From the NCBI RefSeq assembly GCF_021869535.1, contig NW_026262669.1, positions 7,688,001 to 7,752,000 of the forward strand: a stretch of 64,000 bases of DNA. The letters are read 5' to 3'. A program made the translations under genes and the position numbers. The notes beneath the pieces are model-generated. The model searched no databases. It saw only the letters and a list, made by a program, of their open reading frames with translations, and had not been told where the DNA came from. This stretch comes from Mytilus californianus. Lineage: Eukaryota. This document shows, in pieces, positions 1-11,576 of the stretch (position 1 is the stretch's first letter; each line of letters begins with the position of its first letter).

Positions 1-24
1 CAATCCACTCAAAGATAATTTTTA

Positions 25-470
25 TAGTGTGTTTCCCAGGAAACCATTTCGAGGTTCTCTGGAGGAACATTTCACTATATGGAAAATGTTGATATGCGTT
101 ACCTAGATGTTCATTTATCTGTGTGTTCCCACCACTATTATTTCAGTAAATGGTAAATTTAATTATGTGTTCCCAAGAAGAATATTCGACTAAATAATAA
201 ATTTTATCATGTGTTCCCAGGGGGGTCATTTAATTGTTCTCTATCATGTATTCCCCAAAAAGAACATTTTAATGTTTCCCAAAGTAACGTTTCATTAAAT
301 GGTTACTTTTGATATATGATAACCTAGATGCACATTATTTTGTGTGTTACCCATAGAATAGTTTCACTAAATGGCAATGTTACTATGTGTTCCCCAGTGG
401 AATATTTCACTAAATGATAACTTTTTTATGTGATCCCAAGCGGAACATTGCAATATTCCCCAGTAAAACA
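25..470. repeat. Degenerate tandem repeat, roughly 60-bp period
   Basis: Recurrent TGTGTTCCC(C)AG and TTTCACTAAATG(G) motifs at roughly 60-bp spacing. Highly diverged; period estimated by eye. Confidence 0.5.
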
Positions 471-2384
471 TTTCACAATCATTTTATCATGTGGTACATG
501 TTCATCTTATATATGTTTTGTTCTTCTCATCTTAAATTATTAGGCGTAAAACATCAAATGATACAAATAAGGTCTGGTATGGATAGTTTCTAATCATTTT
601 GCTCAGAACAACATGGCAGACAGGGCGAATTGTAATTCTCATTTGTCGATTTTCAGTTTTAAAAGCTATTCTGTGTTTTATGCATGCTATCCTGACGTTA
701 TCTCTTTATAAAGACGTTAACTACTTGTAATTACTTAAAGTATCAAATAAGTCAGGGTACATCTGGGTATAAGCCGTTAGTTTTCTCGCTTGAATTGTTT
801 CAGATTTGTCATTTGATACTATATAAAATCGTCCACTTTTCTGTCGGTGGGCTCACTTCAACATTTCTCATTAGTTTTTAAAATTTGTACAATTACAGAA
901 AATTGAATTTGCAGGTGAATCAAAGTCAACGTTTTATTTAGTTCAGTGCAATATTGATCTGGATGTTTAATAAACGTCAAACATCTTGTAGGGTATTTTG
1001 ATTCAAATTTTCACAAAAACTATATGGGTCACTAAATGAAGCTGATTGATTGGTAATTGCTCCAGTGGTAAATATTTCATTCATATTCAGGACGAGAATA
1101 GTTTAAATACGTTAGTATTGCATAGTTGGTAGACCGGGGTCAAACGTCACTCAAAAATTTACTACATCTTAAATAAGATGGTACATTGGAAAAGGCATAC
1201 ATGATTTAAAATGGTGTTTCTAAGGAGTCAACGATCAGTTTTGGTAAATTCAGAATCACGAGTATTACAAATAGGGTCATTACATTACGCACACTATTTA
1301 TACATGAATAGAAAACGACACGTGTACTTACATTTAAATTAAATACATATTTAAGGCAAATCCTTATCAATACATACTGGTCAATATATAATGGAACAAA
1401 TGGCGATTTTCTGTGACAGCCTGACTCAGAACATACATTTTCCATGGAAAACGGAGGATGAAATGTCGCCAAACCCCTATTTCAATTAAAATCTATTCAG
1501 AATCAAAGAATATATTTAAGGGTACATGTCCCTGATACAATTTGAAACAAATATGGAAATTGGCTTTGAAGAATCTAACTGATTGTTATTAGTTATTGTA
1601 TTGAACCAAAATTGGAATTTGAAACTAGTACATGTACAAAATACCAGAAACTAGTTCTCCCAAATTGATATATTTTTTATAATTTGGGGTACAATCAAAT
1701 TAGACAGCAACCAGCCAACTACTTAAGACGATAACAGCAATGTTCATCAAAAGAAAATTGCTGTGTCTATACCATATGTTACGGAAAAGTCATAAAATAG
1801 TTGATTGATCAGTGCATGCTACTGTGAATTGAGAATGTATTAAGACTAATCAATTACATGTTCCCTTTGGCTTTGTTTTCCACTGGTCGAGCTAATTGTG
1901 AAAATGAGAAAAACCGTATTTATCACTTGAAAGTACCGTAATCTAAAAATCGAAATCGTAAAGATCACACACAACTCTTTCTGTGCGGGCGCATTTAATA
2001 AGAAACAGATACATTGCATTTGACATAGGTATCAACAATTTGACACTGTTATCCAACTGTTTTTGTGATCCAAAGATAGATACAAAAAAATTACTCTCAT
2101 TGACATTCGTCATTCACATTTACACGTTCTAGTTATGCATCCTTTTATTAAAGTTCTGTTTTTCTTAAATATCTTAAGACCGTATCTCACTGCTGAAAAT
2201 AGTCTTTAAAAAAGTTAATCTAAATGTCCATCAGATGTATTTTTATCTTCAAATTTGTTTATTAGATTAATTTTACCAACATGACCAGTAGTATTAAAAG
2301 TAATCAAAACGCTCTAATGAGGGTCTTGCAATTAATTAGGGGGGGGGGTCCTTTTTATCTGTATTCCTTAACTTTTTAAGATAA

Positions 2385-2830
2385 AAAGAAGATGTGGTAT
2401 GATTGTCAATGAGACAACTCTCCACAAGAGACCAGATGACACAGACATTAACAAATATAGGTCACCGTACGGCCTTCAACAATGAACAAAGCCCAGTCAG
2501 CTATAAAAGGCCCCGAAATTACAAATGCAAAACAATTCAAACGAGAAAACTACCAGCCTAATTTATGTACAAAGTAATAAACGAAAAACAAATATGTTAC
2601 ACAGCAACAAACGACAACCACTGAATTACAGGCTCCTGACTTGGGACAGGCACATACAGAATATTGTGGTTTAAACTCGTTTGAAGGCTCCAACCCTCCC
2701 CCTAATCTGGGACAGTGGTGTAACAGTATAACATTAGAACAAAATATAAAGATCAATTGAAAAAAGCTTAACTCATCAGATGGATACAAATAGAAATACA
2801 TCTAATAAAAACACAGAGTAGAAGTGGACG
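2385..2830 (+). repeat. Interspersed repeat family A (head AAGATGTGGTATGATTG...GAGACAACTCTCCAC)
   Basis: The same sequence recurs at 18340-18960 (+), 17190-17460 (-), 20865-21128 (-), 56060-56215 (-) and 63805-63912 (-). Confidence 0.75.
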
Positions 2831-3329
2831 GCTACTTAAGACGTTTTCTCTATTCTTTTTTTGGCCTCTTATTTTCTATTCTGTATATCTTAGCACCCTA
2901 GTATTCTATAATCTTTTTCTCAATTCTTTATTTTTTTTTACCCATTATTCTTTACTCTTTAAACTCATCCATACCCTCTCTAATGGTTTCATACTTTTTT
3001 TATTTCATAACACTTGCAATTATCAATACATATTCTAATAGTAATGAATCATTTCTTCTATAAAAATTGTTTTTTCTTTAACGTTTTTAAGCCTCTGTAT
3101 ATCACAGCTTGTGTATAAGTCTAAACTTTCCATCAAATATATAGTAATATTTCATTTTTTCAAAACTGCTTTTTTTCATGTGTTATAAGTGTTGTCTATT
3201 AAATAATTTTTTATCAACGTGATCATTGATACTTTCAATACACACTAGTCATGAAAAACATATACCTTATTCATAACTCTGTTGAACCACATCGTGCTTG
3301 GATTTTTTTGCGCCAGAACCTATTCTTGA

Positions 3330-3620
3330 AGTTTCAAGAAAAATTTGTCATATCTCTGTGTGCTCTAGTTATACCAAACGAACCTGATGCAAATTTACTG
3401 TTATGCCATAAGTGTGGATTTTTCTATGACAATGCAATTGTACACATTTTAATACAATGCTGTAGCGTATCGTCAACATGAGACTTATTTTGAATAGATC
3501 TTATAAATATTGAACCTATTGAGTTTTCCGCAAAGCTTCATGATATGGAAGATACACACTTGACACTAACTCTGCTATCATGTAATAGTGACACATTCTT
3601 CCATCTTGAACAATCAGATG
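3330..3620 (+). pseudogene. Decayed non-LTR retrotransposon ORF2 C-terminus (CCHC-type zinc knuckle)
   Basis: Reads LLCHKCGFFYDNAIVHILIQCCSVSST*DLF*IDLIN. The CxxC-x9-H-x4-C spacing is typical of LINE ORF2 ends; in-frame stops are present. Confidence 0.45.
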
Positions 3621-3928
3621 CAAAAAATTTTCACGTACGTATGTGTAAAGTTTATTTATAGGTTCTGTAAGGAAACTGACAGTTAATTTAATTGAATAGC
3701 AATTACAACTAAACTATCTATGTAGACATTAATTGAATTATCTGAACAATTATTGAATCATTTCTATTAATTAATTAAATGATCAATATTTTTTTAAGTT
3801 AATTATTTATTTATTTAATTATTCTATTCAATTATTTTTTTTTTCTTCTTAATACTCTTATACTTAGCTATTATATTATATTTTGTATCTTATTCATGTA
3901 TAAAATACTCTTCTAAAGGAGAATTATA

Positions 3929-3931
<3 letters not shown>

Positions 3932-3961
<30 letters not shown>
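3932..3961. repeat. (TA)n microsatellite
   Basis: About 15 perfect AT units. Confidence 0.95.
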
Positions 3962-3962
<1 letters not shown>

Positions 3963-4374
3963 TGCCTATAAATAGCAGCACATGACATACAAATCTATGG
4001 GAGTGTGGATTAATCAGTACAGAGATTAATTCAATTACACAAATACAATTATAGATTGCCTAACAATGTAATTTTAACACACTATTTAGTATGTAAATAT
4101 AAGAATGTTTAAAATATTTACAAAATGATGAAAATAAACGCAATATTTCGCTAGACTAACTAGCTTTATCAAGCGTGCATCTATCCAGGTGAAATCGGAT
4201 GTAGATGATAAGAAACTTTTGCAGCTCAATGTATATGTTGCACTTGAATTTAGCTGCCTTGAAAATAATACATAATTTGGATGAAGTTCAAGATTTTTAC
4301 AAAATTGGTAGTTGAAGTTAGCAACGTCCATTGGCCAATATTACAGGATAAAAAGGACGATGCTGTGTACTAAA

Positions 4375-5409
4375 TTATTCTTTATCTTTCCTGTATCTTT
4401 TCTCATCTTTTTCGTTAAGACCATCAGGTTCTAAAGTGTGGAGTTGGTGGATCCAAAAATTTTCTCTTCTCCTTCTCGCCGTGGTGTCCCACTCGGTGTT
4501 GACTTCTATTATTTGAAAAGTAACATTATCAAAAGAATGTTTCGTTGAACGAAGATGTCTTGTGAGAGGACAGTTTTTGTTGGTTTTGTACCATGAACGA
4601 TGGTTATTGAGCCGAATATTAAATTTGTCCATTGTTTCTCCCACATACTGAATGCCACAAGTGTCACATGTTAATATATAAATTGAGTTCTCCGTTTTAC
4701 AGTTGGAATTTGAGTAGATGGTATAATTTTGTTTAGTAACGGAGCTGATGAAAGAACTGCTTGTATTGGCAGCTTTACAACACAAGCAGTTCCTTCGACC
4801 ACATTGTTCGTAGCAACCGGGAGATGAAGTAGGCTGCTTTGCTAATACAGAGGTCACTAATTTGTCACGGATGTTTTTAGGTCTTCTGAAGGCCATGACT
4901 GGTGGTGAGGAAAATACTTTTTTAAGATTTGAATCATTTTCTATAATTTTCCAATGCTTCTGAACAATGGAAGACACATTTTTAAAATCAGGATGGTAAG
5001 TGAGTACAAGGGGTGTTCTGTTAGCTGCTTTATTCTTATCTTTGTACTCTAGAAGTTCTTGGCGACTAGTTTTGTTTGCTTTTTCGAAAGCGCTATCAAT
5101 GATGTTGTTATTGTATCCTCGAACAACTAGATGTTTACGTAGTTGTCCAAGTCTAGCATTTTGCGCATTTTCAGTGGAGCATATTCTCTTGATTCGCAAT
5201 GCCTGGCTGAATGGGATGCCACGGGAGCAGTGTTTAGGATGGCAACTTTTGGGAGAAAGGAATTGATGTTTGTCCGTTTGTTTGGTATGAAGGTCCGTTA
5301 TAATGGTTCCGTTCTTGATGTAACTCGTAGTGTCGAGGAAGTTTATTTTCTCCATAGATGATTCATCATTGATAGCGCTTTCGAAAAAGCAAACAAAACT
5401 AGTCGCCAA
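4375..5409 (-). CDS. Penelope-like polyprotein C-terminal part: RT end/thumb, Cys-rich linker, GIY-YIG endonuclease
   Basis: INFLD and HPKHCSRGIPFSQALRIKRICS (PLE RT thumb); CGRRNCLCC linker; IYILTCDTCGIQYVGET...RLNNH and RENFWIHQLHTLEPDGLN (GIY-YIG). The first ~15 aa are read from the inverted arm, so native coding starts near 5363. Confidence 0.9.
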   Translation of the reverse strand: MATSFVCFFESAINDESSMEKINFLDTTSYIKNGTIITDLHTKQTDKHQFLSPKSCHPKHCSRGIPFSQALRIKRICSTENAQNARLGQLRKHLVVRGYNNNIIDSAFEKANKTSRQELLEYKDKNKAANRTPLVLTYHPDFKNVSSIVQKHWKIIENDSNLKKVFSSPPVMAFRRPKNIRDKLVTSVLAKQPTSSPGCYEQCGRRNCLCCKAANTSSSFISSVTKQNYTIYSNSNCKTENSIYILTCDTCGIQYVGETMDKFNIRLNNHRSWYKTNKNCPLTRHLRSTKHSFDNVTFQIIEVNTEWDTTARRRRENFWIHQLHTLEPDGLNEKDEKRYRKDKE

Positions 5410-5490
5410 GAACTTCTAGAGTACAAAGATAAGAATAAAGCAGCTAACAGAACACCCCTTGTACTCACTTACCATCCTGATTTTAAAAAT

Positions 5491-6093
5491 GTGTCTTCCA
5501 TTGTTCAGAAGCATTGGAAAATTATAGAAAATGATTCAAATCTTAAAAAAGTATTTTCCTCACCACCAGTCATGGCCTTCAGAAGACCTAAAAACATCCG
5601 TGACAAATTAGTGACCTCTGTATTAGCAAAGCAGCCTACTTCATCTCCCGGTTGCTACAAACAATGTGGTCGAAGGAACTGCTTGTGTTGTAAAGCTGCC
5701 AATACAAGCAGTTCTTTCATCAGCTCCGTTACTAAACAAAATTATACCATCTACTCAAATTCCAACTGTAAAACGGAGAACTCAATTTATATATTAACAT
5801 GTGACACTTGTGGCATTCAGTATGTGGGAGAAACAATGGACAAATTTAATATTCGGCTCAATAACCATCGTTCATGGTACAAAACCAACAAAAACTGTCC
5901 TCTCACAAGACATCTTCGTTCAACGAAACATTCTTTTGATAATGTTACTTTTCAAATAATAGAAGTCAACACCGAGTGGGACACCACGGCGAGAAGGAGA
6001 AGAGAAAATTTTTGGATCCACCAACTCCACACTTTAGAACCTGATGGTCTTAACGAAAAAGATGAGAAAAGATACAGGAAAGATAAAGAATAA
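5491..6093 (+). CDS. Inverted duplicate of the GIY-YIG endonuclease region
   Basis: 200 aa identical to the end of the minus-strand ORF except E>K (CYEQC vs CYKQC). Confidence 0.85.
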   Translation: MSSIVQKHWKIIENDSNLKKVFSSPPVMAFRRPKNIRDKLVTSVLAKQPTSSPGCYKQCGRRNCLCCKAANTSSSFISSVTKQNYTIYSNSNCKTENSIYILTCDTCGIQYVGETMDKFNIRLNNHRSWYKTNKNCPLTRHLRSTKHSFDNVTFQIIEVNTEWDTTARRRRENFWIHQLHTLEPDGLNEKDEKRYRKDKE

Positions 6094-6291
6094 TTTAGTA
6101 CACAGCATCGTCCTTTTTATCCTGTAATATTGGCCAATGGACGTTGCTAACTTCAACTACCAATTTTGTAAAAATCTTGAACTTCATCCAAATTATGTAT
6201 TATTTTCAAGGCAGCTAAATTCAAGTGCAACATATACATTGAGCTGCAAAAGTTTCTTATCATCTACATCCGATTTCACCTGGATAGATGC

Positions 6292-6330
6292 ACGCTTGAT
6301 AAAGCTAGTTAGTCTAGCGAAATATTGCGT
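6292..6330 (+). ncRNA. Variant minimal hammerhead-like motif in the Penelope 3' repeat (mirror copy at 4138-4176, minus)
   Basis: ACGC-TTGATAA-A-GCTAG-ttagt-CTAGC-GAAA-TATT-GCGT: 4-bp stem I, 5-bp stem II, GAAA core and palindromic AATATT stem III. The core has U3/A8 in place of C3/G8. Confidence 0.5.
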
Positions 6331-6597
6331 TTATTTTCATCATTTTGTAAATATTTTAAACATTCTTATATTTACATAATATATAATAGTTAATTGTTCA
6401 AAACTGCTTTATTCTGAATATTTATAAGTGTTGTCTAATAATCGTTTCTAATCAACGTGATCATTGATATTGACAATACAAACTGGTGATGAATAACATT
6501 AACCTGAGACAAACATAACCCATTGTCCCAGCATATACGAGGAGTATTGCACGTGTCGATAAAATCCGCATAGCTTTTTAAACTTTAAACAGGTTTG

Positions 6598-8492
6598 TCT
6601 AATAGGAAAGCTGATTAGAGAAAAGTGACAAATAGCCACGCCTACATTAAACTGATGTCCAATAAACTGCCTTCAGAAACATAAATTTCACAAATCAAAC
6701 ACGACAACAGAGATTTTGTTGCATATTTAATATTTAAAATTTGTTTATATATGTAATAAAACGTCATAAGTTTAATCGTGGGTAATTGTTGTGTACACTT
6801 CATGACTCTTCATAAGTAACGACATATCTGATAAATCCACTTAGGACAAAGATATGTCCTAAGATAATCGTTGGTCCTAGTCCTAGGTGCGCTTCGATAA
6901 ACAGGCCCCTGAATCAAACTCTCATTTTATACTGATAATATAAAACGTTACATGCAATTGTCCTCATCAATAAAACTGACCAATGTGAATTGTAGGAATA
7001 ATTCTATTTGGGACCTTACATTGTATAGCAGGTGGACAATTCCGTAAATTTAAACAAAATTCAAATTGTCGAAAAACCTCTGTGATTACGTACATGTGAA
7101 CATGTACATGCGCAGTGATCTTTAACATGTCGAATAACATATTCATTTGATTCTTTTTTAAAAGATGATGTAGTTAGTAAACAATTTTGGAATACAGCTG
7201 TCATTACATAGATCGAATAATCAGCATGCATTCATGTATACATTTACTTCTTCATATCAATAGTGTACGTCAACGCTCTAACATGTTGAGTATCTATGTG
7301 AACAGGTAATGCAATTATATATTCTTTTGAACATTTTTTTGTTTTTAGAATTAGAAAATATAAAGTAGACATATCCTTCGAACGCGCCGATCATTCTTAT
7401 TCTGTGTTTGCAAAAGTGGGATGCCGTTTTAAATTAAATATTTGCTTGTCAAACAGTTTGTTTTATTAAAGTTTAAAGTTGTGTGTGACGAAAATATCCT
7501 TCTCCGAAATAGGACCAAAAAAATTCAGATTGATAGTAAATAAAAAGCGTTGACGAACATTGACCAACTGCACAAAAATGCACTAATTACAGAAAAGGTG
7601 TTGCATGGTTAGTCTCATCGAATATCGATCGTTATGTTGGTCATGAAACTGATTTTGATTCTGATAGGATAATTGATATTTAATTGCATCGGCCCGATGA
7701 TGTGACTATTTTCGTCTTCTCTGTGTACCTACCTGCTTCTTCTCTCTCCATTGAATTGTTTAAAGAATAAGTAGATTTACTGCACGAACTGTATAGCGCC
7801 AAAATGGTATTGTAATTTTTTATGGTGATTTTAATACGAAAGTTCAAGGACCACGTGTCAGTTCCGTTCAAGACGATCGAAGCAAACTTTTGCAAAGAGT
7901 TTTAGATGATTCACTTTAGTTTTCATTAAGGCACTTGTTACGATTAACCGCAAAGTGTAGCAATAAGAACTAATTACTTTTTCGTCCAAGACTTACTGCC
8001 AAAATGTATTTCCGGACATGGAACTGATTTCATACGGAAATTGCAGGTAACAATAATACAAAATTTTACATACAATTTACAAATTATGTCTTTTTTGTAT
8101 GGAGCATCTTGATAAAATTGTACTGTCATTGCCACTATACGTTGTAAACGGTAAAGAGGTATTTTAGTATATTTGTATTATATTTGTAAGTTTGATATTT
8201 CTATATTTTAAATCATACTTTTTTATTTCAGAAGATATACTTAGATTTAATTTATATAGAAATATCAAACTTACACATATGAAATACAATACAGTACACA
8301 ACAAGTTCCCACAATTTAACTTATGACGTTTTATTAAATATATAAACGTTTTTCTAAATATTAAATACGCAACCATGCTCTGTTTCCGTGTTTAGTTTGT
8401 GAAATTTATGTTTCTGACGGCAGTTAATTGGACATCAGTTTAATGTAGGCGTGGCTATTTGTACCTTTTCTCTAATCAGCTGACCTGTTAGA
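6598..8492. repeat. Pair of ~115-bp inverted repeats (6598-6712 and 8378-8492)
   Basis: For example CAAATAGCCACGCCTACATTAAACTGATGTCCAAT versus its reverse complement at 8428-8462. About 90% identical by eye; no clear TSD. Confidence 0.8.
7585..7910 (+). pseudogene. Decayed LINE apurinic-type (APE) endonuclease fragment
   Basis: NYRKGVAWLVSSNIDRYVGHETDFDSDRIIDI*LHRPDDVTIFVFSVYLPASS...IFYGDFNTKVQG. The GVA, SDRI, VYLP and GDFN motifs are present, with stops and a frameshift. Confidence 0.65.
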
Positions 8493-8860
8493 GAAATATG
8501 AGTGCGATGATGCTTGAATACTTGCAATGAAATTTTAATAGTTTTTTTTTTCAATGTAACTTGTCAGAGATGGGACGATATTCTGCACGCGGCACGCAGA
8601 TTTGTCTTATATAATCGATCGGTCACATTGATAATATGCCATATATTACAAGCACTTCGTGGTGTTAACATCACCTGGACATTCGAACTTTGTTGAATGA
8701 GATTATAAACATAAGCAGTAATATACATATGTAATGATTATACAATATACATACATGTAAACATAATAAACGAATTTGGTAATTGTCATTATTTGCCGGG
8801 ATATACATATTTATCCCCTAAATAAACTGCTAATTCCCTGGGAGCTTATTTCGTACGGCA

Positions 8861-9677
8861 TCTATATTACTAAATGAATAGAGTTGAAATTTGGTGTCGT
8901 GTTTTCTTCCTTCACATAAAATCCCTGAATATTGTTTTATACCACAAAGGGGTAATGACCAGCGTTGTTTATTATCTGTTCATTTCGTCACCTTTGGGGG
9001 GTATTTGGGGATTAAAATCGGAACTTTACGACGTTCGGCTCTGAAATTTACGTGCCGTCACATTTCCGTCATTGCACGTCTGCCCAGGAAAATTGAATTT
9101 TATTTCGGAGCAGATACGCTAAATATTGACCTTACACTGAAACACTTTGTGATACACATTCCCTTGACGCTCTCATCAATTTAACAACTAACGAAGTCCA
9201 ATTTGTAAGCTTTCATGATGTAAATACGGCGAATCAAAGAATTCAATTTTATATATAACTAATATAGGATAATGGTGTTGATTACAAATTACACCACTCC
9301 AAGGTCTTTTGTTTTCCACATAATTACTATTACCAATAATTAACAAGTTCCGGGTCGAATCCGATACCGATACCAATAGTATATGTCTTCTTCTTCTCTT
9401 AGTAAATTCCTCCGTTGTCGGAGCACATTTGTCACACGGGCATTTAAAGACCTTTCTTAATTTCAATACTACTTATTTAAAAATAAAACATTAAGAACTT
9501 AAATACTAAAACAAAACGGGTATATGCATTCCTTCATAAGATATTATTGTCCTAAAAATATACAGAAATGCGAAAACCGTAATTGAATACCATTTACATC
9601 TATTAGTGCAAATGAGTTAATCTATTAATAAGGCGTACTGTAGGTCACGGATCCGCGATGTCGCGGGCGTATTCTAG
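8861..9677 (+). mobile_element. Non-autonomous Helitron (817 bp)
   Basis: 5' A|TCTATATTAC; 3' GC-rich hairpin CCGCGA-tg-TCGCGG (9653-9666) followed by CTAG|T (9674-9677); inserted between A and T with no TSD. Confidence 0.7.
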
Positions 9678-11099
9678 TAGACATTAATTGAATACTCGAT
9701 TATTGAATTCATTAAATTGATTTTCAGGTATTTTTGTCGGACATAATGTTACAAAATCATAAATATTTGACTCTTTCTGCATTTATCAGTACAAAAATAA
9801 AGTGACAAACGAAAGAGAACGCAACTCGACCATTACAGAAATAGTATACAATTTAAAAATAAAAAAAAAAATTTTTGGTGAAAATTTTTCATTCTATCTT
9901 TACTATGATTAAAATACAGAATACACTCTTTTCGTTTCGTGTCCACAGTTTACTCAAGGATTTGTAAATATATTTGAATATCTTATTTGAAAATCGTCGT
10001 TTTGTAAGCGTCTTACTATGTAGCTATGGATGGAGACTTTTGGTGACCTTTTATGTGTTAAACAGGATGAACAATATTCTTTAACTGTTATAAATTTCAA
10101 TTTTTAATTCTTACAAACTAATGAAATATTAACAAAAAATTATGCCTTGTATTTTTACGGAGATAGAATAAAAATTCCGGCCATTTTACCAAAAATAAAT
10201 AAAGAAACAACAGATTAAATATTGTATGTAAAAGTGATTTTTGGTCATCAAGGAAACTTTCTATGTGAAAACTTGCTATATTTTCCGAGAATGCAATAGA
10301 GTACATTTGATATGGAAACAGGAACAAATCGATTTTTCACATTATCTAAAATAGCAAAACAGAATCTGAAATCTTACCACGTGACTTGAAAAGTTTTGCA
10401 TGCAACACATAGACTGTCGTCCTTCCTTTAGGTTGTAGGTAGAAAACGACCTATGCTTAGCTCTGATCATTGACTGTCCAGCAAACAATATAACATGAAA
10501 TACAGGATGATATTAAACGAAAGTAAAAGAGAAAGATTTAATTATAAAATCAGAGCTTTTCTTAAATTCAACATTCAAATTATTATTTTGGAAAACAGCA
10601 GCATGCATGTTTTGATGTACGAATACGACTGATGTACTTAATATTCCTAACAATTAGCAATGTTGTCTCGACAGCTGGCTCTCCTCGGGATTGGTGTTTT
10701 CTTCTTTTCCACAAGCACACAGTATTAATGAGTTAAGTTGGGACATAGATTAACTTTGGTCGAATTCACAATAATTTCTTCTGGTAGACATAACCAATTG
10801 CCGATATACGCTCACCGTTTCATTCTAGAACAAAGCAATGCCTATTCATGTCACTTCTATATGTTCCTCAACACATATATTAACATATTTGAACTAAAGG
10901 TTAGAATTGTATCTTATATGAGTTATTTTCTTTCAGAACGATAGGTCATTCTTTCGAAGAATCAACCCGGACGATACCAAGTTTCAATGGAATATGCTTC
11001 AAGGCATAAAACATTGGTGTGTTTCCCTCGGTTTTAGTTTGTTACCCAGATTTGTTTTTGCATAATCGAATTATGACTATTGAACAGCGGTATACTACT

Positions 11100-11507
11100 A
11101 ATATTTTTGACACTTACGTCTGATGTTACTGATGTATAATTAAAAATTAAACTTCTGCTGGTTTTTTTGTATGTATACGAAATAATAGGTGGTAATGTGT
11201 TATCAAAATAGGGAAGTATAAAGTTTTGAACGGTAGAGCTATTAAATAAACTAGACAAGTTGATGAAATCAATACCTATATTAATGTATTTACTTTTAAG
11301 TAAATGCAGTTTATGATCTTTAGATTTATCTATACGCGGGAACAGCCATGAATATAGGCAGGAGATCTCAAGTTTATAATTCATACGATGTTTAATTAGT
11401 TGATTTCGATTGAAACGTTTGGCATGAGACTTATTGTTACGTTGTCTTTTATCAACAATATTCATGATATCAATATAAGAAGTTTGAGATATGTTCTCTT
11501 GTCCCAT
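11100..11507 (-). pseudogene. Fragment of the pre-RT region of a Penelope-like (probably Naiad-type) ORF
   Basis: KYINIGIDFINLSSLFNSSTVQNFILPYFDNTLPPIISYTYKKTSRSLIFNY resembles the segment that precedes the GPKYREP motif in this RT family (from recall, not a search). It lies just downstream of a hammerhead motif on the same strand. Confidence 0.5.
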
Positions 11508-11532
11508 ATATATACCTAGATTAAAAGTGTGT

Positions 11533-11576
11533 ACACCAGACGCGCGTTTCGTCTACAAGAGAATCATCAGTGACGC
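11533..11576 (-). ncRNA. Minimal type I hammerhead ribozyme motif
   Basis: Minus strand GCGTCA-CTGATGA-TTCTcttgtAGAC-GAAAC-GCGC-GTC-TGGTGT: complete core, GUC cleavage triplet, palindromic stem III, stem I with G-U pairs. The 10.1-11.1 pair is mismatched. Confidence 0.75.

Larger units (their letters stand above)
4090..6378 (-). mobile_element. 5'-truncated Penelope-like retroelement with an inverted copy of its 3' part (pLTR-type palindrome)
   Basis: Arms 4090-5104 and 5364-6378 (1015 bp each) are reverse complements around a 259-bp spacer; I found one mismatch (4809/5659). It encodes an RT C-terminal region plus a GIY-YIG endonuclease. Inverted pLTRs are a known hallmark of Penelope-like insertions. 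Confidence 0.9.

Noticed and set aside
4086-4331. Mirror ORFs MDVANFNY... (4086-4331 and 6137-6379)
   Set aside because: They lie in the Penelope 3' UTR and are duplicated only because of the palindrome; no recognisable domain.
10660-10728. Signal-peptide-like ORF MLSRQLALLGIGVFFFSTSTQY*
   Set aside because: It stops after 22 codons. The only donor (CA|GTATTA) is weak and phase 2, incompatible with exon 2 of the gene, and no matching downstream exon was found.
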